Assembly: GCA_958448275.1 (NCBI GenBank)
Contig: CAUDDF010000003.1
Location: 13,051 to 77,050 of the forward strand
Direction of reading: 5' to 3'
From: an uncultured Collinsella sp.
GTDB lineage: Bacteria; Actinomycetota; Coriobacteriia; Coriobacteriales; Coriobacteriaceae
Length of the DNA: 64,000 nucleotides
This document shows positions 34,508 to 43,158 of the stretch, piece by piece (position 1 is the stretch's first letter; each line of letters opens with the position of its first letter). The notes beneath the pieces are model-generated. The model was not told the DNA's origin. It searched no databases and was given only the letters and a program-made list of their open reading frames with translations. A program made the translations under genes and the position numbers.

Positions 34508-35337
34508 GCGCAGCTCTTTTCCTCATAGGCCTTGAGGGACTCGCCCTCTTCGGAACGGTAAGCGGCCTGGCGGGCACGAAGGTCATCCCAGTCGACCAGG
34601 GTGGCATCGAAGTCGGGGCCGTCGACGCAAGCGAACTTGGTCACGCCGCCCACCTCGACGCGGCAGCAGCCGCACATACCGGTGCCGTCAACCATGATGG
34701 GGTTGAGGGACGCGGTGATGGGGGTGTCGTATTTCTGGGCGGTGAGGGTCGAGAACTTCATCATCGGAACGGGGCCGACGCAGAAGACCTGGCTCACGGC
34801 CTTGTCCTGCAGCAGGCGCTCCAGCGGAGCGGTGACAACGCCCTGCTCGCCGTAGGAGCCGTCGTCAGTGGTGATGTGGATGTGGTCCTCGTCGAGGAGC
34901 TCGCGGAACTGGTCCTCCATAAGCAGGAGGTCCTTGGTGCGGGCGCCCATGATGGCGTGCACCTCGTGGCCGGTCTCGACCAGGTGCTTGGCGACCGGGA
35001 AGGCAATTGCCAGGCCGACGCCGCCGCCAATGACGGCGCAGGGGCCCTCGGCCATCTCGGTGGGAACGCCCAGCGGGCCCACGACGTCGCGCAGCGACTC
35101 GCCGGCCTCGTAGGTGGAAAGCATCTCGGTGGTCTTGCCGATCACCATGAAGATGAACTCGACCCAGCCCTCGTCACCGTTCCAGCCGGCCAGGGTAAAC
35201 GGGACACGCTCGCCCGTCTCGTTGGCGCGAACCATGAGGAACTGTCCAGCGTGCGCATGCTTGGCGATTGCAGGCGCCTCGATGCGGAACTTGAACACCT
35301 TCTCCGAGAACTGCGTCTTCTCCAGGATCTTATACAT
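34498..35337 (-). CDS. nfnA: Transhydrogenase small subunit NfnA (SudB/PyrK-like, FAD and [2Fe-2S])
   Basis: GERVPFT, VVGPLG, GGGVG, MVDGTGMCGCCRV, ACVDGPDF. Confidence 0.87.
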   Translation of the reverse strand: MYKILEKTQFSEKVFKFRIEAPAIAKHAHAGQFLMVRANETGERVPFTLAGWNGDEGWVEFIFMVIGKTTEMLSTYEAGESLRDVVGPLGVPTEMAEGPCAVIGGGVGLAIAFPVAKHLVETGHEVHAIMGARTKDLLLMEDQFRELLDEDHIHITTDDGSYGEQGVVTAPLERLLQDKAVSQVFCVGPVPMMKFSTLTAQKYDTPITASLNPIMVDGTGMCGCCRVEVGGVTKFACVDGPDFDATLVDWDDLRARQAAYRSEEGESLKAYEEKSCACH

Positions 35338-35511
35338 AGAACCCCTCTCTTGTTAGGGCCGCCGAACCGTGCCTCCACGGAAATGGACGGTAGCCCGAAT
35401 AAAACCGTACGCGCACAGGCGTTGTGCAGACATACGGTGCAAATTATACCCTCATGGCAATGTCGCTTACGTGTTTCTTTGGCAGGTGGGAAAAGGGTTT
35501 ATCCACTTCGG

Positions 35512-35714
35512 CCTACCAAAAAGGGACAGGTTTATTTTGGTCGGTTTTATCAGGCAAAACGGCAAAGGGGGCCGGCCTCGGGTTGTGATGAGGCCGGCCC
35601 CCTTTGGGGTGCTATGCGTGTATGGCGGCACAGGGCTTATTGCGATGCGGCTGCCGCGGCGTTTCCACAGGTAAAACCTGCCAAAATAAACCTGTCCCTT
35701 TTTGGTAGGTTTTA
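35512..35714. repeat. ~200-bp REPIN/MITE-like element: inverted GGGACAGG units around an internal hairpin
   Basis: cctaccaaaaagggacaggtttattttgg (35512-35540) and its perfect reverse complement (35681-35709); internal caaagggggccggcctc..gaggccggccccctttg. Confidence 0.85.
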
Positions 35715-36341
35715 GTGCTTGCCGTTGGCGGAGGCGGCGCCGTTGACATGGTCGCGGGCATAGACCACGCCGCGCACGATCGCCAGGCCGGCGGCGTCGG
35801 CCGCGCGGGCGCAGGTGTCCTGGAAATCCTCGGCCTCGCGGGCGCGCAGCTGCTTAAGAACGTAGTCGGCGACGGCCATCTTGCCGGGAGGGTTGCCGAT
35901 GCCGGTGCGGATGCGGTTGAAGTCGCGGCTGCCCATCTTGTCGATGATGGAACGCAGGCCGTTGTGACCGGCATGGCCGCCGCCCACCTTAACACGCACG
36001 TCGCCGGCGGGAATGTCGAGCTCGTCGTGGATTACGAGCAGCTCCTCGGCCTTGATTTTGTACTCGCGGCAAAGCTTGGAGATGGGGCCGCCTGAGGTGT
36101 TCATGTACGACTGCGGCTTGACCAGCACAATCTGGCGCTTGCCACCCTCTTCCTCGGGATCGTTGATGTTGATGAGCGCGACCTCGGCGCCTGCCTGGTT
36201 TTTCCAGTACGTGACACCGGCCTGACGGGCCAACTCGTCGATCGCTTTGAAGCCAGCGTTGTGGCGGGTCTCGGCATACTCATCACCAGGGTTGCCAAGT
36301 CCGGCAACCATGCGAATCTTAAGCGGCTGTGCAGCTGCCAT
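35712..36341 (-). CDS. pth: Peptidyl-tRNA hydrolase
   Basis: GLGNPG.EY..TRHNAGF, KPQSYMNTSG, HDELD, GGHAGHNGLRSI. Confidence 0.96.
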   Translation of the reverse strand: MAAAQPLKIRMVAGLGNPGDEYAETRHNAGFKAIDELARQAGVTYWKNQAGAEVALININDPEEEGGKRQIVLVKPQSYMNTSGGPISKLCREYKIKAEELLVIHDELDIPAGDVRVKVGGGHAGHNGLRSIIDKMGSRDFNRIRTGIGNPPGKMAVADYVLKQLRAREAEDFQDTCARAADAAGLAIVRGVVYARDHVNGAASANGKH

Positions 36342-36455
36342 ATGCTTCCTTTCGTTGCACAAAAGTTTAATCAACGACAAAGGCTACCACGCCCGCCGAA
36401 GGCGAGGAAAGGTTGCAGCAAAGTCATTTCAGAAAACAGCTGCCCCGAGACGGCA

Positions 36456-36560
36456 GGAAGCCCCGGACACGCCGGGAGGGGTTATCAAAGCGAACATCCC
36501 GCAGCCGCAAAGCGGCGAGGACGTTCGCGTGATAACCCCGCAGGCGCGTCCGGGGCTTCC
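36456..36560. repeat. Long imperfect hairpin (105 nt) between prs and pth
   Basis: ggaagccccggac..ggggttatca..gcgaac..gccgc-aaa-gcggc..gttcgc..tgataacccc..gtccggggcttcc. Confidence 0.8.
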
Positions 36561-36583
36561 GGAGGGATGCGAGGGTCGAGCGA

Positions 36584-37570
36584 CTACAGCGCGAAGTCGC
36601 CGCCGACGAGCGTAGAGACGGGCTCCTCGTGGTAAACGGCGGAGATGGCCTGAGCGAACTCCTCGGCGACCGAGATGGTCTTGATCTTGCCGCCGACCTC
36701 GACGGGAATGGCGTCGGTGACGACGCACTCGACGATCGGGGCGTCGTTCAGACGTTCGATAGCCGGACCGGAGAAGATGCCGTGGGTGGCGCACACGTAG
36801 ATGTCGCCAGCGCCCATAGCCTTGAGCTCCTTGACGTTGGCGCACAGGGTGCCAGCGGTGTCGATCATGTCGTCATTGATGACGCAGGTCTTGCCCTTGA
36901 TGTCACCGATGATGCCCATGACCTCGGCGGCGTTGTGGCGCGGACGGCCCTTGTGGGCGATGGCCAGGTCGCAGCCGAGCATGTCGGACAGCTTCTTGGC
37001 GGCCTTGGCACGACCCACGTCGGGGGAGACGACAACCAGGTTGTCGGTGTCGAAGTGCATGTCGTTGTAGTACTGGCCAAACAGCGGCAGCGCGGACAGG
37101 TGGTTAACCGGGATATCAAAGAAGCCCTGGATCTGACCCTGGTGCAGGTCGAGGGTGATGATGCGGTTGACGCCGGCGCGCTCGAGCAGGTTGGCGACGA
37201 GGCGGGCGGTGATGGGCTCGCGCGGGCCGGCCTTGCGGTCCTGGCGGGCATAGCCGTAGTGGGTGATGACGGCGGTGATGGAGCGGGCGGATGCGCGCTT
37301 GGCAGCGTCGGTGGCGATGAGCAGCTCCATGAGCATGTCGTTGACGTTGCCGCCGGCCACGGACTGAATCAGGAAGACGTCGGCGCCGCGGACGGTCTCG
37401 TCGTAGCGGGCGTAAATCTCACCGTTGGCGAACTGCTTTAGCGTAAGGCCCGAAAGCTCGACCCCAAGGAACTCAGCGATCTTCTGAGCGAGGGGACGGT
37501 TGGAGGAACCGGAATACACGCGGATGGACTTGCGCATATTCTCCGACTTCTCGGGATCATTAATCGGCAT
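36584..37570 (-). CDS. prs: Ribose-phosphate pyrophosphokinase
   Basis: FANGEI, YARQDRK, DLHQGQIQGFF, VSPDVG, DDMIDTAGT. Confidence 0.97.
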   Translation of the reverse strand: MPINDPEKSENMRKSIRVYSGSSNRPLAQKIAEFLGVELSGLTLKQFANGEIYARYDETVRGADVFLIQSVAGGNVNDMLMELLIATDAAKRASARSITAVITHYGYARQDRKAGPREPITARLVANLLERAGVNRIITLDLHQGQIQGFFDIPVNHLSALPLFGQYYNDMHFDTDNLVVVSPDVGRAKAAKKLSDMLGCDLAIAHKGRPRHNAAEVMGIIGDIKGKTCVINDDMIDTAGTLCANVKELKAMGAGDIYVCATHGIFSGPAIERLNDAPIVECVVTDAIPVEVGGKIKTISVAEEFAQAISAVYHEEPVSTLVGGDFAL

Positions 37571-37711
37571 TACCCTTCTCCTTTATATCGAATGCCATAT
37601 AGATGCCTTGTTGCATTGTAACCGCGCGGCGGGGTTTATCGAGTCTTGATAACGTCTTTACCGTCAACGGACACGAACCGACCACTCATCCGGCCGCGCA
37701 GGTCAGCATAG

Positions 37712-37744
37712 AAAAAGGAGCCGTCCCCACGGAAGCGGCTCCTT
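37712..37744 (-). terminator. Terminator-like hairpin after glmU
   Basis: Minus strand aaggagccg..cggctccttttt. Confidence 0.6.
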
Positions 37745-37761
37745 AGATGCTTGGTAAAACG

Positions 37762-39174
37762 TTATACCTCGTCGTCCTCGTGCAGGCGGCGGCGATAATC
37801 GGCGGCCCAGCCCTCAATATTTACCTGACGGGCGCGGCCCAGACCGAGTGCGTCTGCCGGGACCGGCTCAGTGATGACGGAGCCGGCGGCCACGAGCGCG
37901 CCGTCGCCAATCTGGGCGGGCGCGACCATCATGGTATCGGAACCGATGAAGGCATCCTTGCCGATGACGGTTTTGTGCTTGTGTACGCCGTTGTAGTTGC
38001 AGGTGATGGAGCCGGCGCCCACGTTGACGCCGGAGCCCATGGTCGTGTCGCCGATGTAGGACAGGTGCGGCACCTTGGAGCCCTCGCCGATCGTGGACTT
38101 CTTGATCTCCACGTGCGTGCCGGCCTTGGAGCCGTCGAGCATGTGGGTACCCGGGCGCAGGTAGGCGCGCGGGCCGCAGTCGACGCCGTTCTCGATGACG
38201 GCTTCGATGGCGATGGTCTCATCGATGATGCAGCCGCTGCCGACGGTGGTGTCGGTGAGACGGCTGTTGGGGCCGAGCTGGCACTCCTCGCCCACGGTGA
38301 CGTGGCCGATCAGGTGCGTCTGCGGCCACACGACGGTGTCGCGGCCGATGGTGGCGTCGGGGCCGATCCAGGCCTGCGTGGGGTCGATGAAGGTAACGCC
38401 CTCGGCCATCCAGTGCTCGTTGATGCGGTCGCGCGCGATGGCGGTGAGCTGCGCGAGCTGGATGCGGCTGTTGACGCCCAGGCCGTCGCGGTAGTCATCG
38501 CAGTGGAAGATGGAGACTGCCTGGCCGTGGCCCTTGAGGATCTCGAGCATGTCGGGCAGATAGTACTCGGACTGCGCGTTGTCGTTGCCGATCTCGTCAA
38601 TGTGCGCGGCGAGCTGCGCGCCGTCGAAGGCGTAGCAGCCGGCGTTGCACTCGAGCAGCGTGGCGGCCTGCTCGGGTGTGCAGTCCTTCTGCTCGATGAT
38701 GCGTTCGATCTGGCCGTCGGCACCCAGCTTGATGCGGCCGTAGCCGAAGGGGTCGGGCGGGGTCATGGTCATGACGGTGCAGGCGAGCTCGCCGGTGGCG
38801 ACGGTCTGCGCGAACTTGGCGACGGTGTCGGCGGTGATGAGCGGCAGGTCGCCGTTGAGCACGACGACGGGGCCTTGCGTGATGCCGCAGGCCTCGAGCG
38901 CGACCTTCACGGCGTGACCGGTGCCCAGGCGCTCGGTCTGCTCAACGCACTCGACTTTGGTGGCGCTGTTGGCGTAGGCGCCGTCGATCAGGGCGCGCAT
39001 CTCGTCGGCGTGGCTGCCGATGACGACCACGACGCGGCTGCAGCCGGCCTTGATGGTGGCGTCGACGATCCACTGGACCATGGGCTTGCCCAGGATCTTG
39101 TGCGAAACCTTACAGTGGTTCGACTTCATGCGGGTGCCCTCGCCGGCAGCGAGGATAATTGCGGTTGCGTCCAT
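37762..39174 (-). CDS. glmU: Bifunctional UDP-GlcNAc pyrophosphorylase / GlcN-1-P acetyltransferase
   Basis: ILAAGEGTRMKS, LGTGHAV, GYGRI, EYYLPD, hexapeptide repeats, HLSYIGD. Confidence 0.96.
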   Translation of the reverse strand: MDATAIILAAGEGTRMKSNHCKVSHKILGKPMVQWIVDATIKAGCSRVVVVIGSHADEMRALIDGAYANSATKVECVEQTERLGTGHAVKVALEACGITQGPVVVLNGDLPLITADTVAKFAQTVATGELACTVMTMTPPDPFGYGRIKLGADGQIERIIEQKDCTPEQAATLLECNAGCYAFDGAQLAAHIDEIGNDNAQSEYYLPDMLEILKGHGQAVSIFHCDDYRDGLGVNSRIQLAQLTAIARDRINEHWMAEGVTFIDPTQAWIGPDATIGRDTVVWPQTHLIGHVTVGEECQLGPNSRLTDTTVGSGCIIDETIAIEAVIENGVDCGPRAYLRPGTHMLDGSKAGTHVEIKKSTIGEGSKVPHLSYIGDTTMGSGVNVGAGSITCNYNGVHKHKTVIGKDAFIGSDTMMVAPAQIGDGALVAAGSVITEPVPADALGLGRARQVNIEGWAADYRRRLHEDDEV

Positions 39175-39367
39175 GTGATCTCCTGTTACGTTATAGAGAC
39201 GTGCGTTTGGAAACGATACACGGCGCAATATGATACCGCAGGCATATGTTGAGCGCGTAGCGATTGGTTTGCGGCGGTTGAGGCTTGCGCCGCCGGCGTG
39301 GCGTTTGCACTGCTTGCGTGCGGCGTTGGCGGTGCTGCGGAGCTGTCGTTTGAGCGAGGAGACGGGG

Positions 39368-40261
39368 GTGCCCGTGGACAACATGCGTGAGGAGTTTGGC
39401 GGCGAGCCCGTCGCGGCATTCTCGATGTCGCATCCGGCTGTGCCGGCACTCTATATAGTGCTGACGCTGGGACTCACCATGTCCTCGATGCAGCCGGTGC
39501 TGATTGCGCTGTCACTTGCGGGCGGGCTGGCGTATGGATTTGCGACGCGTGGGGCTGCCCACACGCTGGGCGCACTTCGCTGGCAGCTGCCGGTGATTTT
39601 GATTATCGCGCTGGTCAATCCGCTGTTTAGCGCCTCGGGCTCGACGGAACTGTTCCGTATTGGCATGCGCGCGGTGTATCTGGAGAGCATGGTATACGGC
39701 CTGTGCATGGGCGGGCTGTTTGTGGCGAGCGTGCTGTGGTTTGAGGCGGCGGCGTCGATGCTCGAATACGACAAGGTGCTTGCGCTTTTGGGCAACGCCG
39801 CGCCGGTGATCGCGCTCATGATTTCGATGTGCATGCGGCTTATCCCGCAGTTTTTGCGTCGCGGTCGTACGGTACTGGCGGTGCAGGATGCGATTGATGT
39901 GCCGGGCCGCGCGCCGGCCGACCCCGTGCGCTCGCGCTTGCGGGCATCGAGTGTGTTGATGGGCTGGGGCATGGAAGATTCGCTGGAGCGCGCGGACGCC
40001 ATGCGCTCCCGTGGGTGGGGCGCCGCGACGCGTCGAACGACGTATGCGCGGTATCGGCTGGGGCGCAGCGACGTTGCCGCGCTGGCTGGGCTTGCGCTGT
40101 TTGGCGTGGTCACGGTGACAGTGGCGTGGACCGCGACGACGCAGTATTCGTTTTATCCGCAGCTCTCGGTGCCGGCGCCGTGGCCGGGCTATGTCGTGTA
40201 CGCTGCCTGGATGGTGCTGCCTTGCGTGTTGCACGCGATTGATGAGAAGAGGTTTGGCTGA
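39368..40261 (+). CDS. ECF transporter transmembrane T component
   Basis: HP motif, VNPLFS..G.T.LF, MRLIP, LERADAMRSRGW; start (GTG 39368) uncertain. Confidence 0.85.
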   Translation: MPVDNMREEFGGEPVAAFSMSHPAVPALYIVLTLGLTMSSMQPVLIALSLAGGLAYGFATRGAAHTLGALRWQLPVILIIALVNPLFSASGSTELFRIGMRAVYLESMVYGLCMGGLFVASVLWFEAAASMLEYDKVLALLGNAAPVIALMISMCMRLIPQFLRRGRTVLAVQDAIDVPGRAPADPVRSRLRASSVLMGWGMEDSLERADAMRSRGWGAATRRTTYARYRLGRSDVAALAGLALFGVVTVTVAWTATTQYSFYPQLSVPAPWPGYVVYAAWMVLPCVLHAIDEKRFG

Positions 40262-41904
40262 TGGCTCGGTTGGATAGGGGCCCGGCGGCGGGTGTGGCAT
40301 ATGGCTCGGCCGCGCCGGCGATTGAGGTGCGAGGCCTTAGTTTTGCCTACCCCGATGCTGATGCTGCGGTGCTCGAGGGGCTCGACTGGTCTGTTCCCCA
40401 AGGTGCATTTGCGTTGCTTGTTGGCGGTACCGGATCGGGTAAGTCGACGCTGCTGTCGCTGCTCAAGCCCGAGATCGCGCCGGCGGGCGAGCGCACTGGC
40501 GAACTGCGCGTGCTGGGCGAGAACGTTGCCGACATGGACGTGCGGGCATCGGCGGAGCGCGTGGGCTATGTGTTCCAGGATCCCGAGAACCAGATTGTGT
40601 GCGAGACCGTGTGGCATGAGATGGCGTTTGGCCTAGAGAATCTGGGCGTGTCGCGCGACGAGATGCGCCGCCGTGTTGCCGAGACCAGCTATTTCTTTGG
40701 TCTGGAGGACTGGCTTCATCGCGATACCGACACGCTTTCGGGTGGCCGCAAGCAGCTGCTGTCGCTTACCGCCGTCCTGGCGCTGCGTCCGCGTGTGCTG
40801 CTACTCGACGAGCCCACGTCTCAGCTCGATCCCGTTGCCGAGAAGAATTTTCTGCACGCGCTGTTTCGCGTGAACCGTGAGCTGGGCTGCACGGTTGTTG
40901 TGGCTACGCATCAACCGCGGCCGATGCTCGAGTATGCGACGCGTGCGTACCGGATTGAGGGCGGTCGCGTGCGCGAGGTGGCGGATATGGCTTCTTTGGG
41001 ACGCCGAGAATCGCTGTTTTCCGATGAGATGTTGGGGTGGGGTGCCATCCGATGTGCAAAAAACGGAGTATTCAGCAGGCGTGAGGACAATTTGGGCTCT
41101 CTGGAGCCGCCCGGGGACGTATCGAGCGCGAAAAAAAGTTCAGAATTGGACAAATCGTCCGAATTTGTGGCGCAAACGTCGCTCGAGAACGGCTCGGAAG
41201 CCTTCCCGCGCACGGATGGAAGCAGAATACTCCAAAAAATGCACGGCGGGTCGGCTACCACCCTGTCGGAAGGCTGGTTTCGCTACGATCGCGCGGGCGG
41301 TTGGGTGCTGCGCGGGCTCGACGTTGCGTTTTCGGCCAGTGCGGTGCATGCGATCGTGGGCGGCAACGGATGCGGTAAGTCGACGATGCTCTCGGTGCTG
41401 GCGAAGACCGCCAAGCTGCAGCGCGGCCGCATGGTGCGCGGAGCGGCCTCGGCGGCGCTGCTGCCTCAGAATCCCAAAGCATTGCTGGTTGCCGAGACGG
41501 TGCGCGACGAGCTGATGGAATGGGCCTCGACCTGCGGATATGACGAGAACTTGGCGCGGGAGCGTGCGGCGCAACTGGGATTGGACGGCCTGGAGACGCG
41601 CCACCCTTACGACCTCTCGGGCGGACAGCGCCAGCTGCTTGCGCTGGCAAAGCTGCTGCTGATCGGCCCCGAGCTGCTGCTGCTTGACGAGCCCACGAAG
41701 GGCCTTGACCTGGAGAGCCGCCGCATCATCGCCCGCGCCCTGCGTGACCATGCGAAGGCTGGCGGCACCGTCATCATGGCTACGCACGATTTGGACTTTG
41801 CCGAGCAGGTAGCCGACGACGTCGCCATGATGTTTGACGGCGAGATTGCCTGCATGGAGCCCCCGGCCGACTTCTTTGCCGACAACGTGTTCTATAGGGC
41901 GTGA
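40261..41904 (+). CDS. ECF transporter tandem (A-A') ATP-binding protein
   Basis: Two NBDs: GGTGSGKST/LSGGRKQ/LDEPT and GGNGCGKST/HPYDLSGGQRQ/LDEPTKG; linker contains a palindromic insert. Confidence 0.9.
   Translation: MARLDRGPAAGVAYGSAAPAIEVRGLSFAYPDADAAVLEGLDWSVPQGAFALLVGGTGSGKSTLLSLLKPEIAPAGERTGELRVLGENVADMDVRASAERVGYVFQDPENQIVCETVWHEMAFGLENLGVSRDEMRRRVAETSYFFGLEDWLHRDTDTLSGGRKQLLSLTAVLALRPRVLLLDEPTSQLDPVAEKNFLHALFRVNRELGCTVVVATHQPRPMLEYATRAYRIEGGRVREVADMASLGRRESLFSDEMLGWGAIRCAKNGVFSRREDNLGSLEPPGDVSSAKKSSELDKSSEFVAQTSLENGSEAFPRTDGSRILQKMHGGSATTLSEGWFRYDRAGGWVLRGLDVAFSASAVHAIVGGNGCGKSTMLSVLAKTAKLQRGRMVRGAASAALLPQNPKALLVAETVRDELMEWASTCGYDENLARERAAQLGLDGLETRHPYDLSGGQRQLLALAKLLLIGPELLLLDEPTKGLDLESRRIIARALRDHAKAGGTVIMATHDLDFAEQVADDVAMMFDGEIACMEPPADFFADNVFYRA
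41044..41255. repeat. Long imperfect palindrome read in frame inside the ECF ATPase linker
   Basis: Nested inverted blocks gtgca/tgcac, ggagtattc/gaatactcc, gagccg/cggctc, gacgt/acgtc, ggac/gtcc. Confidence 0.65.
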
Positions 41905-41908
41905 TGGG

Positions 41909-42622
41909 ATGACGGACTGTCGTTTCTCGCGTTTACTCACAAAACTGGAGATCCCGCTGTTGTTGGCGGTGCCGGCGGTGATGGCAGCGGCGTTGCTGGC
42001 GGGCGTTGAGCAGGCGGCGCTTGCCATGCTTGTCGTGGTGGCGCTGGTGCTTGCACTGTTCTTTGCGGGTTACGAGGCATCTCGTCCGGGTTTGCGCCAG
42101 ATTATGCCCACGCTGGTGCTGGCGGCGCTGGCGGCGGCGGGGCGCATCCTGTTTGGGCCCATTCCCGACTTTAAACCGGTGAGCGCCATCGCCATTATCG
42201 CGGGGGCGACGCTTGGTCGCCGCAATGGTTTTATGGTTGGCGCGCTGGCGGCGCTGACCAGCAATTTCTTTTTTGGGCAGGGCATGTGGACGCCATGGCA
42301 GATGTATGCCTGGGGCCTGGTTGGCTATGTTGGCGGTGCGCTGGCGCATGCCGGTGCGTTCGACCGTGCGGATGGAACCGTGCGCATGCCGGCGCTGATG
42401 GCGTACGGCTTTGCTTCGGGTCTGCTGTACGGCGTGGTGATCAACGCGTACGACATTATCGGTTTTGTACAACCGCTCACGTGGGCGGGCGTCGTGGCGC
42501 GTCTTGCCACGGCAGTGCCGTTCGATATCACACACGGCCTCGCGACCTGCGTGTTCTTGGCCGCCCTCTACAAGCCTTGGTGTCGACGGATCAACCGCGT
42601 TGTCGTGAAATACGGGCTGTAG
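41909..42622 (+). CDS. ECF transporter S component (CbrT/cobalamin-type by motif resemblance)
   Basis: PDFKPVSAIAII, GFMVGALAALTSNFFFGQGMWTPWQMYAWG, PFDITH. Confidence 0.75.
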   Translation: MTDCRFSRLLTKLEIPLLLAVPAVMAAALLAGVEQAALAMLVVVALVLALFFAGYEASRPGLRQIMPTLVLAALAAAGRILFGPIPDFKPVSAIAIIAGATLGRRNGFMVGALAALTSNFFFGQGMWTPWQMYAWGLVGYVGGALAHAGAFDRADGTVRMPALMAYGFASGLLYGVVINAYDIIGFVQPLTWAGVVARLATAVPFDITHGLATCVFLAALYKPWCRRINRVVVKYGL

Positions 42623-42662
42623 GGCTGGTTGCGCCGGGGCGTGAATCAATACTTCCGAAGTA

Positions 42663-43158
42663 CCATTTCAAAACTATGCCGGTTTACGGGGCTAGATTAG
42701 CGTAGGCCGACCATACCGGCTTTTTTCAAAATAGAGCAAGCCGTTTACCTGAGGTTTTATTATTTCGGAATTGCGTATGGTTGGGGGTTCGCGATTCAGC
42801 CCCGTAAACCGGCATAGTTTTGGAATGGCCGGCTGATATGACGGGCATCGTGGCCCTCAGAGAGCCAAATCGATCCGTTTTCCTCCGTCCCCAGACGTCC
42901 CCGGGGAATCAGTTGGCGGCGCTTGCCACGAAACTGGCCCATCTACTACGTTTAGCTTGATACCCCCGACCATGACCGCGTTTTACGAAAAACCGCAGGC
43001 TTTCTACCTGCGGTTTTCTTTTTGCGTTGTTCGCTGTGGTTGAGGGTAGTGGCTTAAACGTAGTAGATGGGTCAGTTCCGTGGCGGGAGGGCCGCGTGGG
43101 TTCCCTCGCGAGGTGAAAATGATCCCTTTTCCTCCGTCCCCAGGGGATCAATTGGGGC
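42663..43158. repeat. Mosaic palindrome array 1: hairpin A (42663-42828), spacer C, hairpin B (42925-43084), spacer C
   Basis: A arms ccatttcaaaactatgccggtttacggggct; B arms gccacgaaactggcccatctactacgttta; C core ccaaatcgatccgttttcctccgtcccc; homologous to 59178-59835. Confidence 0.9.

Noticed and set aside
42663..43158. Mosaic repeats or the 43-bp ATPase repeats as a CRISPR array
   Set aside because: There is no regular repeat-unique spacer periodicity, unit sizes are wrong, and no cas genes are present.
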